NCBI GenBank assembly: GCA_001275005.1
Contig: JWZX01002103.1
Coordinates: 1-34,969 of the forward strand
DNA length: 34,969 bases
Source of the DNA: Chrysochromulina tobinii
Taxonomy: Eukaryota
Reading direction: 5' to 3'
Shown: one piece after another, positions 1 to 8,806 of the stretch
How positions within the stretch are numbered: position 1 is the stretch's first letter
Layout: every line of letters starts with the position of its first letter
Notes under the pieces: generated by a model
What the model saw: the letters and a program-made list of their open reading frames with translations, nothing else
What the model was told of the DNA's origin: nothing
Database searches by the model: none
Made by a program: the position numbers and the translations under genes

Positions 1-24
1 GTTTACGTTTTCTGCCCAAGTGTT

Positions 25-172
25 GCACTCGTTGAAGCCGAAGAGGTCTCGGAACCACGCTGGCTTCCTGTGCATCGTAAAGGCTTTTCCCCCCACGCTT
101 CGCACTCGTTGAAGCCGAAGGCACGGAACCACGCGTCGCACTCGTTGAAGCCGAAGGCACGGAACCACGCTT
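25..172. repeat. ~36-bp repeat (CACTCGTTGAAGCCGAAGGCACGGAACCACGC): two adjacent copies plus one diverged upstream copy
   Basis: Near-perfect copies at ~101-136 and ~137-170; diverged copy at ~25-60. Read directly from the sequence. Confidence 0.85.
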
Positions 173-257
173 TCCTGCGCAGGCGAAGATGGATTCGCAC
201 CAAACAAGCTTTCCAAGTTACGAGCCGACATGTACATGTAGTTTCTCAAAGCCTACT

Positions 258-278
258 GTCAAGTCAAGTCAAGTCAAG
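258..278 (+). repeat. (CAAGT)4 pentanucleotide microsatellite ~90 bp upstream of the sorting nexin ATG
   Basis: GTCAAGTCAAGTCAAGTCAAG in sequence; reverse-complement copy at 31178-31198. Confidence 0.9.
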
Positions 279-369
279 ACATGTCAGTTCCGTCACAATG
301 CAAATCCTCTGAAACTTTGTGCGGCGACGCCGGCTTGTCCGGCTCATAGAAAGCAGTGCCATCGCCAGC

Positions 370-1566
370 ATGCTCGACATCACCGTCACCGACCCGGAGA
401 CTCACAAGGGCGGTACAGTCTCTTTTGTCGACTTCAAGGTTACCATTACCACTGACGACCCGCGCTTCCAGCTGCGCAACTTCTTCGTTCGGAGGAGGTA
501 CAGCGACTTTAAGTGGCTGCGTGGGCAGCTGACGCTCAACTTCCCGGGCTGCATCGTGCCGCCGCTGCCCCCGGCCGACAATCCGGCGAAGGCATTGAAG
601 GGTGAGATCAAATCATTTGCGCCCGACTTCATCGCGCGCCGCCAGGCCGGCCTCGAGCTCTTCCTGAGGCGCGTGGCCGCGCACCAACAGCTCGTGGCAG
701 CGCCCGACCTGGTCACGTTCCTCGAGGCCAAGGTGTGGGAGCTGCAGACGGCGAAGAATGCGAGCTCGAGCACGCTTCTCGACTCCATGCTCGACTCGAC
801 CGAAGCCTCGCTCAGGAAGTACGCCATCATGATGCAGAAAAAGACGCCCGACGACGCCGAGGTCGAGGGTCTGCGTGCGTTCGCGTCCGAGTACTACTCG
901 GTCGTCGAGGCGGCGGCGAGGGCGCACCAGGCGACCGTCTCCACTATCGCCGATGCCGCCGGCGACTTGAGTAACCTCGGCCCCGCCTTCGACCTTCTCT
1001 CGCAATCTGAGCGTGAGCTCTCGTTGCCGTTCACGCACATGGCGCGCGAGCTCGACGCGCTGCGCGAGCTCTTCTTGAAGCAGGTGCAGGCGGAGGGCGT
1101 GTCCGGGCTGTCAGCACTGCTCACCTTCAACGCGGGCATGGCCGCCTCGCTCAAGGACGTGCTCAAGAACCGCGACCACGCCCAGCTGGAATTCTCAAAG
1201 TCCTCCCAGGTTCTCGACCTACGCACCAAGGAAAGGCAGTCATGGCAGATGGCGAACGCGGATAAGCCGCCCCCGTCGCCGCGCGCCGACCAGAGCCTCG
1301 TCGCTAGGATGTTCTCCGCCGACCCGCTCAAGGGCCAGAAGCTGCAGACCAAGGTGATGGAGGCGGAGAGGGAGCTCGAGGAGGCACAGGGCATTTGGGA
1401 CGAGATCAACAAGTCGATCTCGGTGGAGGCCCTCAGCTTCCACCGCACCACCAACATCGACTTTGCGCACGGGCTGCGCGAGCACATCAACCAACAGCTC
1501 GCCTTCGAGGACGCGCAGCAGCAGCACTGGCGCCAACTGCTCGCTGTCTTCGAGAAAGTGCCATGA
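370..1566 (+). CDS. Sorting nexin, PX-BAR type (SNX1/2/Vps5-like)
   Basis: PX-domain motifs VRRRYSDFKWLR, PGCIVPPLP and FIARRQAGLELFLRRV, followed by a helical BAR-like region. First ATG at 370 (the ORF track starts at an upstream GTG). Confidence 0.9.
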   Translation: MLDITVTDPETHKGGTVSFVDFKVTITTDDPRFQLRNFFVRRRYSDFKWLRGQLTLNFPGCIVPPLPPADNPAKALKGEIKSFAPDFIARRQAGLELFLRRVAAHQQLVAAPDLVTFLEAKVWELQTAKNASSSTLLDSMLDSTEASLRKYAIMMQKKTPDDAEVEGLRAFASEYYSVVEAAARAHQATVSTIADAAGDLSNLGPAFDLLSQSERELSLPFTHMARELDALRELFLKQVQAEGVSGLSALLTFNAGMAASLKDVLKNRDHAQLEFSKSSQVLDLRTKERQSWQMANADKPPPSPRADQSLVARMFSADPLKGQKLQTKVMEAERELEEAQGIWDEINKSISVEALSFHRTTNIDFAHGLREHINQQLAFEDAQQQHWRQLLAVFEKVP

Positions 1567-2139
1567 GCTCGGGCAACGAGGTGCCGGCCCGTCGCGCGCC
1601 CTCGAAGCTGGAGCGAACAGGCGGCAGCGGAAGCGACCGGGTAGCACCTGCGGCATCGCAAGGATTGGAGGGGAGGGATCCAGCCGGGGCATACGCGTGC
1701 ACTCAAGGAGTCAGGGGCAATGGGTGGATGGAAACTTGTGGGCTGTCCGACGCGCGAGCGCCAGATTCGGTGGCCCCTGCAGGGAGCGGAGAGACAGCGC
1801 CGGGGCCAGCCGGCCGCAGTGTGGGTGGGTGAGTGGCAGGCAGCGTTAGGTGTGTGGGTACAAAATAGCGTCGTAGTGGTACACGCGCCGATACACGGCA
1901 GACGCAAGGAGCTTTTGAGACCCATCATTGATGTGGATGTTCTGCGAAACCGCCGAAACACTCAAACTGCCCCGTCCGGGCCCCGCGCCACGTTAATCGT
2001 TATAAGTATAACAGCAAACAGTTTAGAGTTTATATAACATCGCGTTACGATAACGACGTTAAGTTAGACCGTTTGCCCCCCCCGCGCAGACGGTTGCAGA
2101 TCAAACTTACAGATCACTTTGTCACGCGAACATGTCTAG

Positions 2140-3162
2140 CTACAACTGCGACGTCTTCAGAATCGCTTGCGCGAGGCGTATGTTCAAGCGGTGCGAAGGG
2201 CGGTAGGCTACGATATGCGCGCGCGGCAAGCACGAGCCAAGCAACGCGAGGTCGCCGATCAGATCGAGCAACTTGTGGCGCGCGGGCTCGTTGACAAAGC
2301 GAAGCGGGCCATTAAGCCACCGCTCGGCGTCGCACACGAGCGCGTTCTCGAGCGAGCCGCCCTTGATGAGCCCAGCTGCATGTAATGCAGAAAGTTGCTC
2401 TTGCAGCGCGAAAGTGCGTGCAGGCGCCACCTCAACCTCAAAAGAGCCGACGCCGCCACGCGTCGCGGCCACCGCCGCGCCCGCCGCGTCCAGCTTGCCG
2501 GGGCCACTCGGCGAGTCAGGCTTGGGCGCCCAGCTGGCCCACTGCCGACCGATGGGTGCGTGAGACGCAAAATCGATGCCGACCGAGTACCGCAGCGAGG
2601 ACGACGGAAACGCGACCGCCCAAGACTCGCCCTCCTGCACGCGCACAGGTGCCGCCAGCGAAATGACATCGTTGCCGTTAGCCGCGCCCGCCGAAGATGC
2701 GGCCAGGCGTGACACGCCAGCTGCGTCGATGGCGTGCACCCACTGCGCAGCAGAGCCATCGAGCACAGGCAGCTCTGGCGCGTCCACTTCGACGCGGCAT
2801 GCGCTCACGCGAGCACCACAGAGCGCAGCCATCAGATGCTCTACAGTTGCCACAGTCACTCCGCTCGACGCATCGCCAATGGTCGTGCTAAGCGCTGTCG
2901 AGACCACTGCAGAAGGCCGAGCAGCAATCACTGGTGCTGTCGGCAGGTCAGTTCGAACAAAATGGATCCCTTCGCCTGCCACCGCCGGTCGCAATCGGAC
3001 ACGCGCGTGCTGTCCTCCATGTAAGCCGACGCCAGCCACGATGACCGAATCTCGCGCGACTGTGTACAACCGCCGAGCCGTCGAGTCGCCGAGCATACGC
3101 GACGACAGCGATGTCCTACGCGACGACAGCGATGTCCGCATTCTCCAAAGCGCTCGTTCCAT
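2140..3162 (-). CDS. lpxC: UDP-3-O-acyl-N-acetylglucosamine deacetylase (LpxC) with Arg/Ser-rich N-terminal extension
   Basis: GVGLHGG, TVEHLMAAL (Zn-binding His), LPVLDGSA, APARTF, GLIKGGSLENA, EPARHKLLDLIGDLALLG (HKxxD Zn motif) and the C-terminal catalytic His (PSH). First ATG at 3162. Confidence 0.95.
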   Translation of the reverse strand: MERALWRMRTSLSSRRTSLSSRMLGDSTARRLYTVARDSVIVAGVGLHGGQHARVRLRPAVAGEGIHFVRTDLPTAPVIAARPSAVVSTALSTTIGDASSGVTVATVEHLMAALCGARVSACRVEVDAPELPVLDGSAAQWVHAIDAAGVSRLAASSAGAANGNDVISLAAPVRVQEGESWAVAFPSSSLRYSVGIDFASHAPIGRQWASWAPKPDSPSGPGKLDAAGAAVAATRGGVGSFEVEVAPARTFALQEQLSALHAAGLIKGGSLENALVCDAERWLNGPLRFVNEPARHKLLDLIGDLALLGSCLPRAHIVAYRPSHRLNIRLAQAILKTSQL

Positions 3163-3334
3163 GAATCCACACGTCTTCGATGGAGGGCATGGTTTATGTT
3201 TGTACACGTAGGAATCATACTAATTTACTCGGCTTCAACATGCTCACGCGAGGGCCCAGGATCAGGAATTCACGTGCAACGACTGTGACGCACACGGCCT
3301 GCCTTCCCTTCGTGCCTTCGCTCAGCGAACGAAC

Positions 3335-3907
3335 ATGGCGACCAAATGGAAGCCGGACGTGACAGCGGGCGATTTGGCGATCGCATGCGTCTTCAACACG
3401 CTATTCTTAACGCTGGCAGTGGCTGACTATTCGGCCGATCTCTGGACAGAGGCCGCGGTGACCGAGAGCGATATGACGGCTCGTCGGGCGTTCCTCGTTC
3501 AATATCTGACATGGCGTAACGAGATGCCAATCATCGGAGTAGTCCTATTGGTCTTGCTGCTTCCTCTCCCATTTTTGCTCTTCGGAATTTACACAGCTGC
3601 GTTTCAGGGCCTGTTCGGGTGGCGGAAGGCGACGGCAGTGCGACATGCTATGGACTACGCCGAAGCATGTGGCATCTCCGGCGTCGTGTATTGCATATTG
3701 CGGAAGGCAGTCCCAGTGACCGAGGCTCTCAAGGCCGCGTGCCCGCCAAAGAGCAAGGGAGCGGCGAACGCCTGTGCGGTTGCCATCTCAGACATGACCC
3801 ATGTGCACCTTTTGTTTGTGCTCCTCAACCTCGTCATGTTCATCGCACCGATCATCAAGTTTGCCAAAGGCAATGCTGGGCCTCTCGCCATGGAGAAGAA
3901 AGACTGA
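3335..3907 (+). CDS. Hypothetical multi-pass membrane protein (190 aa)
   Basis: ATG-initiated ORF with ~4 hydrophobic segments, divergent from lpxC across ~170 bp. No family recognised. Confidence 0.7.
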   Translation: MATKWKPDVTAGDLAIACVFNTLFLTLAVADYSADLWTEAAVTESDMTARRAFLVQYLTWRNEMPIIGVVLLVLLLPLPFLLFGIYTAAFQGLFGWRKATAVRHAMDYAEACGISGVVYCILRKAVPVTEALKAACPPKSKGAANACAVAISDMTHVHLLFVLLNLVMFIAPIIKFAKGNAGPLAMEKKD

Positions 3908-4670
3908 GGCGTATAAGCTGTGCCGTGCTCTTCTGAGATGCCCTGAGATCATTTATCTACGATACTCTTTAGGCTGTGGGGCGTGGGGCTCCGGCTTATC
4001 GTGTGCGTGTGAATTGTGTGCTCATGCGCTCGCCGGGCGGGCGCGGGCGGCCGGGGGCGGGCATAAAAAGAGAATGGAGCACGCCGGCTGCACGCGAGGC
4101 CTCTCCAACGCCATCATCCCCAACCGAGGCCTTTTTGAATGAGAATGTGCGTTGGTTGCGATTGAGCCGGGGTTCAGGCACGTCAGTCAGTTTTGTCGCC
4201 GGCGCGGCCGGTCCGTGTGGGCACACAGCGCTCAGCGGATGGCCGCGTCGCCGCGGACCGGGGCCCGCGCGATACGCCCCGGCGGGGTGCGGTCGTGTAC
4301 GGTACGGGTAGTCGGTACACACCCGACCCCGGCCGCCGGACGCGCGCACCGGGATCACACCCCGTGACGAGACCCTGCACATCCCCGAGGGCCGAGGCAC
4401 AGGCGTCACACACGCCGTGGGATCCCTCGGCGGGCACCAGTCTCCAGTGCGCACTTTGTATCGTATCGTCTGGCGGTCTGCCCTCCGTCCGCGTCGACAC
4501 GCACATCGTACATGCAAGGCCTCATTTTCATCATCTCATTTCTCGCTGGTCGCGCCGGCGCTCTCCGCGGTGACGCGTCGCCTTCGGCTGCCATGGACCT
4601 TGGCTCCTCGACACAGTGCGCTAGATCCAGTGATCCAGTGCTCACAGGGCATCGCCGTCGCCTTGCGCCC

Positions 4671-5570
4671 TCAATTCGCGTAGTACAGAACGCCCACGGC
4701 GGGATGTGCGTGCGTGTCGTGGAAGGTGAGCTGGCTGCGCGACCACTGCGTGTCGTGCAGGCTGAGCTGGCTGCGCGACCGCTGCAACGGTAGCGAAACG
4801 GAGCGACGGCTGCCAATCGACGCCAAGTCGGGCAGCGCTGTGGTAGACGGGCTACCGTGCAGCCGTTTTCGTGGCGGCAGCGGCGGAGACAGCGGCGGCA
4901 GGCTGCCGCGTGCCGTGGCGGTGGGCGCGTCACTTTTCGGAGCAACCAGCCGGCGCAGACCGAGCCCGCGAGTCGGGCTCGGAGCCCCTCCGCTAGCGTC
5001 GTCGGCTACCGGCAACAGCACGGGCCGGTACGAGCGTGTGGCAGCCTGCCCAGTAGAGAGGTGCAGATCATCCGTGATCCGCGTCGGCGACGCCATGGGT
5101 GAGGACGGCTTCACGTACATGGTAGTCTCGCCGTGGTAGCCTGCTTTGGCCGAAAGTAACTGCGCCTTTATCGTGTTCATGTGCAGCGTGCTGTACCATT
5201 CGCGCTCCTCTCGAAGGGCCGCGAGCTGCTCCTCGAGGGGCCCGGGCGCCAACGGGATGGGCCTCATCCTCGAGCGCATTATGTCGCGGCACGCCTCATC
5301 CTCATGCACCTTTCGGATCATGCGTGCAAAGGCGCCACCGTCACTTTTATGCATGATCGCCGTGAATTCGTCAAAGTCAACCTCTCCTGAGCCGTCGGTG
5401 TCGGCAGCGTGGAACATTTTCGCGACCTCTCGCGGATTGATGGAGATGCCCAGGACCTTGACCGCCGACTGCAGCTCCTGGAGGTCGATGCCGCCCGACT
5501 TGTTGACGTCAAAGCACTGAAAGACCGTGCGCATGGCCGCCACGTCCAAGTTTACGCTTGCATGGTTCAT
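4671..5570 (-). CDS. EF-hand calcium-binding protein with low-complexity C-terminus
   Basis: Two canonical EF loops, DVNKSGGIDLQE and DTDGSGEVDFDE, in a calmodulin/centrin-like lobe. A 36-bp in-frame duplication lies near the C-terminus. Confidence 0.85.
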   Translation of the reverse strand: MNHASVNLDVAAMRTVFQCFDVNKSGGIDLQELQSAVKVLGISINPREVAKMFHAADTDGSGEVDFDEFTAIMHKSDGGAFARMIRKVHEDEACRDIMRSRMRPIPLAPGPLEEQLAALREEREWYSTLHMNTIKAQLLSAKAGYHGETTMYVKPSSPMASPTRITDDLHLSTGQAATRSYRPVLLPVADDASGGAPSPTRGLGLRRLVAPKSDAPTATARGSLPPLSPPLPPRKRLHGSPSTTALPDLASIGSRRSVSLPLQRSRSQLSLHDTQWSRSQLTFHDTHAHPAVGVLYYAN

Positions 5571-5790
5571 GTTTATACTTCGTGAGCCACTTACCGGTAC
5601 CCAACGTTACATGTAGGTAAGTTACAAAATTTTCCTTAATGGGTCCCGGCTCCCCCCTGTGTCTTTTTACTGCCGGATATGTGGCTCGGCGGAGGGACGG
5701 GGGCGGAAACCATCGGGAGCACCGTCGATCGACCATCACCATGCGCACGACGCATGTCGGCCACTGGCGGCGGCGTTGATCCTTGATCGT

Positions 5791-5866
5791 GTTCGAGGCT
5801 GCGCTGAGGGTGCTCGAGGCGGCGCTGATGGTCTTCGAGGCGGCGCTGAGGGTGCTCGAGGCGGCG
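5791..5866. repeat. 21-bp tandem repeat (~4 copies, alternating variants of CGAGGCGGCGCTGAGGGTGCT)
   Basis: Read directly from the sequence; coding status unresolved. Confidence 0.75.
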
Positions 5867-6091
5867 GTCCGGTCGTCATACGTCCGAACGGCGACCGGGC
5901 GCAGAACGAGAAAGAACGAGCGACGCTCCCTCGAGGCGGCCGCCAAGACGACATACATGGTTGTCAGAGGGTTCATTCCTTAGGGATGGGATTTAGATCA
6001 ACATGCTCCGGCGCTTAATGCGCACTCTCAGACAGACCGTCTGTATGACTTGTGACAAACTCGTGTGAGAACTAAGAGATCGCAGATGGCA

Positions 6092-6427
6092 TCACTGAAG
6101 CATTCTGGCTGCGCGGCCAGCCCGAGCGCCCTGCATCGCCGCCAGAGCGCAGGCGACGCTCAGCAGCGCAAGAAACCGCGATCGCAGTGCAGTGGTCATC
6201 GGGCTGTCAGGTCCGCTGAGCTTTGCAGCACCCGAATACACAAAATAGGCGGGATAGATTGCATGTAGCAAAGCACGAAGAAGGATGGGCCATTTTGAGT
6301 AACCGAGCACACGTTCGCCGGCGGCTTCCAAGGTCTCGTCCCATGCAGTGAAGCAAACCTTGCACCAAGCGTAAGCGAGCGCAGCGGCCTGGACCTTGGC
6401 GAGCACGACATCGCGCATTTCTGTCAT
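6092..6427 (-). CDS. Possible small hydrophobic protein (~111 aa)
   Basis: ATG at 6427 (MTEMRDVVLAK...), 2-3 hydrophobic stretches, head-to-head with the Josephin gene. No recognisable motif. Confidence 0.35.
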   Translation of the reverse strand: MTEMRDVVLAKVQAAALAYAWCKVCFTAWDETLEAAGERVLGYSKWPILLRALLHAIYPAYFVYSGAAKLSGPDSPMTTALRSRFLALLSVACALAAMQGARAGRAARMLQ

Positions 6428-6602
6428 GTCCGTGATGAACAAACGGTTTCCATTACACAAAACATGTTCCAAAACAGGAAAATGAGAAGACTGCTCACAC
6501 TAACGTGTGCGCGCAAGTCCGTTCTCACTGTTGAAGTTGTATGACCCCCCTGTGAAAGCTTACGTGAAGTGTGTATTCACATGAAAGCTACCGATTCCCG
6601 AC

Positions 6603-7184
6603 ATGGAGCAGAGCAAGGAGTCGAGTGTGGCAGCTTCCTACCACGAACAGCAGTCACGAATGCGATGCGCTCAGCACGCGATAAACAACCTATTGCAGCG
6701 CCATGTCGTCACCGCCGATCGTCTGAACGCCATCGCTGTTGACCTCGGAGGAAGGCTGACTTGGGATCACCGTTGGCCGGTGCTCGGCAATTACTGCCTC
6801 AACACGGTGATGCTTGCGCTGCAGCAGTGCTCTCCACCCATGAGTGCAACGTTTTGGGATGCGAGGAAGTCTAGCGAGGTCGACATGTCTGAGCTTCTCG
6901 AGCGCTGCCGCGGCTGCGGGGCTGTCGGGCTGATCGTCAACGTGGAGGTCACCTCGTGGTGGACGCTAAAGCTGTTCAGTGGCCGCCACTGGTATGCGAT
7001 CCGCATGCTCGACGCGCCGGAGGGCTGGATATTGCACGATTCCAACGCTTCTTATCCGCAGCCCCTTGCAGATGGCCGGGCACTGTGCGAGCTGTTGCAG
7101 CGCGAGCTAAGCGACCGAGGCGCGCAAATTTTGATTGTACACTCCACTGCTTCTTGTTCTGCGGGAGCCGATCTGAAAATGTAG
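6603..7184 (+). CDS. Josephin-domain deubiquitinase (JOSD1/2-like, no ataxin-3 tail)
   Basis: YHEQQ...CAQHAINNLLQ (catalytic Cys), GNY, RHWYAIR (catalytic His) and HDS (third triad residue). Confidence 0.9.
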   Translation: MEQSKESSVAASYHEQQSRMRCAQHAINNLLQRHVVTADRLNAIAVDLGGRLTWDHRWPVLGNYCLNTVMLALQQCSPPMSATFWDARKSSEVDMSELLERCRGCGAVGLIVNVEVTSWWTLKLFSGRHWYAIRMLDAPEGWILHDSNASYPQPLADGRALCELLQRELSDRGAQILIVHSTASCSAGADLKM

Positions 7185-7274
7185 CGACAGCACAGAAGAT
7201 CCGGTCTGTGAAAAGCTTTTGATGAGAAATTCGAGCATTTGCCACGTCACACTTCGAGACTCTCGGAGAATCAG

Positions 7275-8192
7275 ATGGCGACACTTGCCGAGCTCGCCGC
7301 CGACATGGCAGATGCGGAAGAGCTACTCAGCAGGGCGACGCGGCCAAAGGTCAAGACCATGCTGACCGAGTATCTGACGCAGCTCCGCGACGAGTACATT
7401 TCACGGTCTGCAAACCGTGGGACACCCACATCAAAGCCAGCGGCCAAAAGGCCGGCTGATGGTCCCCTCAAGCCGGACGAGGATCCCGATATGCCTCCTG
7501 CCGAGAGGCCACCCGCCGTCAAAAAGGTGGAGACGCAGCCGCCCACAGCGTCGGCTTCGGCTCCTACATCCCCACCCACGACTTCTGCGCCAGCTCCCAC
7601 TCCAGCGCCGGCCGCGCCGCGGCCGCCACCACCGCCACCGCCACCGCCGGTGAAGATTGGCTCAGCTCCCACGAGCGACGTGACTTCCAGCGGCCTGACT
7701 TACACGACGATCCCGTCTTTCGGGTGGGACCAGGATGGCTACGGCAAGGAGCCGAACTATGTGTATGTGTATATCACAAGCGGGCTCGACGGTGTGGGTA
7801 ACCTCCCCACGGAGAATATCACCTGCGACTTCAAAACGGGCTCGTTCGACCTCAAGGTGCACGGCTTCAATGGCAAGAACCTGCGGCTCCTCAAAGACAA
7901 TCTGGACAAGGAGATTGTGCCTGAGGAGAGCAAGTTGATCGTGAAGCCGAACAAGATCACGATCAAGATGCGAAAGGTCAAGGGCACCTACGGCGCGGAC
8001 CATTGGACGAACCTCACCGGCAAGCATGCAAGAGAGCCGGGCAAGAAATCGGAACCCGGAGCCGAGCTCATGGACATGATGAAGGACCTGTACGACAATG
8101 GCGATGACAACATGAAGAAAGCGCTCGGCGAAGCCATGCTCAAGTCGCGCCAAACGCAAGCCACAGGCCGTCCGGATTTCCCGCCCGACTGA
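7275..8192 (+). CDS. CACYBP: Calcyclin-binding protein / Siah-interacting protein
   Basis: N-terminal helical hairpin (LAADMADAEELLSRATRPKVK), Pro-rich linker, CS domain (FGWDQ...YVYVYIT...SFDLKVHG...KITIKMRK) and SGS-like tail (LMDMMKDLYDNGDDNMKKALGEA). ATG at 7275. Confidence 0.88.
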   Translation: MATLAELAADMADAEELLSRATRPKVKTMLTEYLTQLRDEYISRSANRGTPTSKPAAKRPADGPLKPDEDPDMPPAERPPAVKKVETQPPTASASAPTSPPTTSAPAPTPAPAAPRPPPPPPPPPVKIGSAPTSDVTSSGLTYTTIPSFGWDQDGYGKEPNYVYVYITSGLDGVGNLPTENITCDFKTGSFDLKVHGFNGKNLRLLKDNLDKEIVPEESKLIVKPNKITIKMRKVKGTYGADHWTNLTGKHAREPGKKSEPGAELMDMMKDLYDNGDDNMKKALGEAMLKSRQTQATGRPDFPPD

Positions 8193-8283
8193 ATCAGAAG
8201 GTCGCGTGACCACCTGCTCTCGGCAGGATGGCACCGCCCCGAGTACGAGACAAGCGACGACGCCTTGAGTGCATGTGAGACAC

Positions 8284-8384
8284 GACGAGACCCAATCAAC
8301 GAAACTGACGAGACCCAATCAACGAAACTGACGAGACCCAATCAACGAAACTGACGAGATCCAATCAACGAAACTGACGAGACC
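8284..8384. repeat. 23-bp minisatellite (GACGAGACCCAATCAACGAAACT, ~4.4 copies) downstream of CACYBP
   Basis: Four near-perfect copies (one C>T) plus a partial copy. Confidence 0.95.
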
Positions 8385-8806
8385 GGGGGCGGCAGCAATC
8401 CGGGGTCACGAGGCGCTTTTCCGCGATCCGCACAGGGGCACTTCTGCAACCGCACTGCGCCGATCCGAGGAAGCAGCTGTATGCCGTCGACCGCGCTCAT
8501 GTTCATGTAGTTACGTGTAGTTTCGTGTAGTCACGTGCATGCGCGCGCACCGGAACCTCCGTGCGGAGAGGTGAGGTCCATGAGGGGCAGCTTGGCACGT
8601 GGTCTCGGCATCCGATCCCGCGCGCTTCGTCCGAAAATCGCGTTTGCGGAGGACGAGCGGTCTTTTTGATTCCGCTGCTAAGTTCGCGCCCTAGCGAGCG
8701 CTCGAGGAGGCGCTTGAAACGGTTTGCGAAGTTCCGAAGCAAGGGTGTGCGACGGCTCCTACGTCGTGCACGCGGCGGCGTCCCTTGCATTACAGTATCG
8801 ATCACG

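Noticed and set aside
25..172. CRISPR-like 36-bp repeats at the window start
   Set aside because: Two copies are directly adjacent with no spacer and the third is diverged; this is a simple tandem duplication.
2140..3162. Bacterial contamination or a bacterial operon around lpxC
   Set aside because: Neighbours are eukaryote-specific (sorting nexin, Josephin, CacyBP), composition is continuous, there is no ftsZ/fabZ/lpxA context, and a presequence-like extension is present.
4200..4352. Structured ncRNA or MITE in the GC-rich convergent intergenic region
   Set aside because: Imperfect stems exist (e.g. GTGTAC/GTACAC with GGGGT/ACCCC), but they are heavily bulged and expected by chance at very high GC; no TSD or known RNA motif was seen.
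5509..6018. Protein-coding gene over the 21-bp repeat
   Set aside because: Several frames on both strands are open only because of the repeat. None has a convincing start or motif, and the frame reading RRLEHPQRRLEDHQ is preceded by a stop.
6603..8192. Functional ubiquitin-system cluster (Josephin + CacyBP/SIP)
   Set aside because: Adjacency of two common housekeeping genes in a compact genome is not evidence without conserved synteny.
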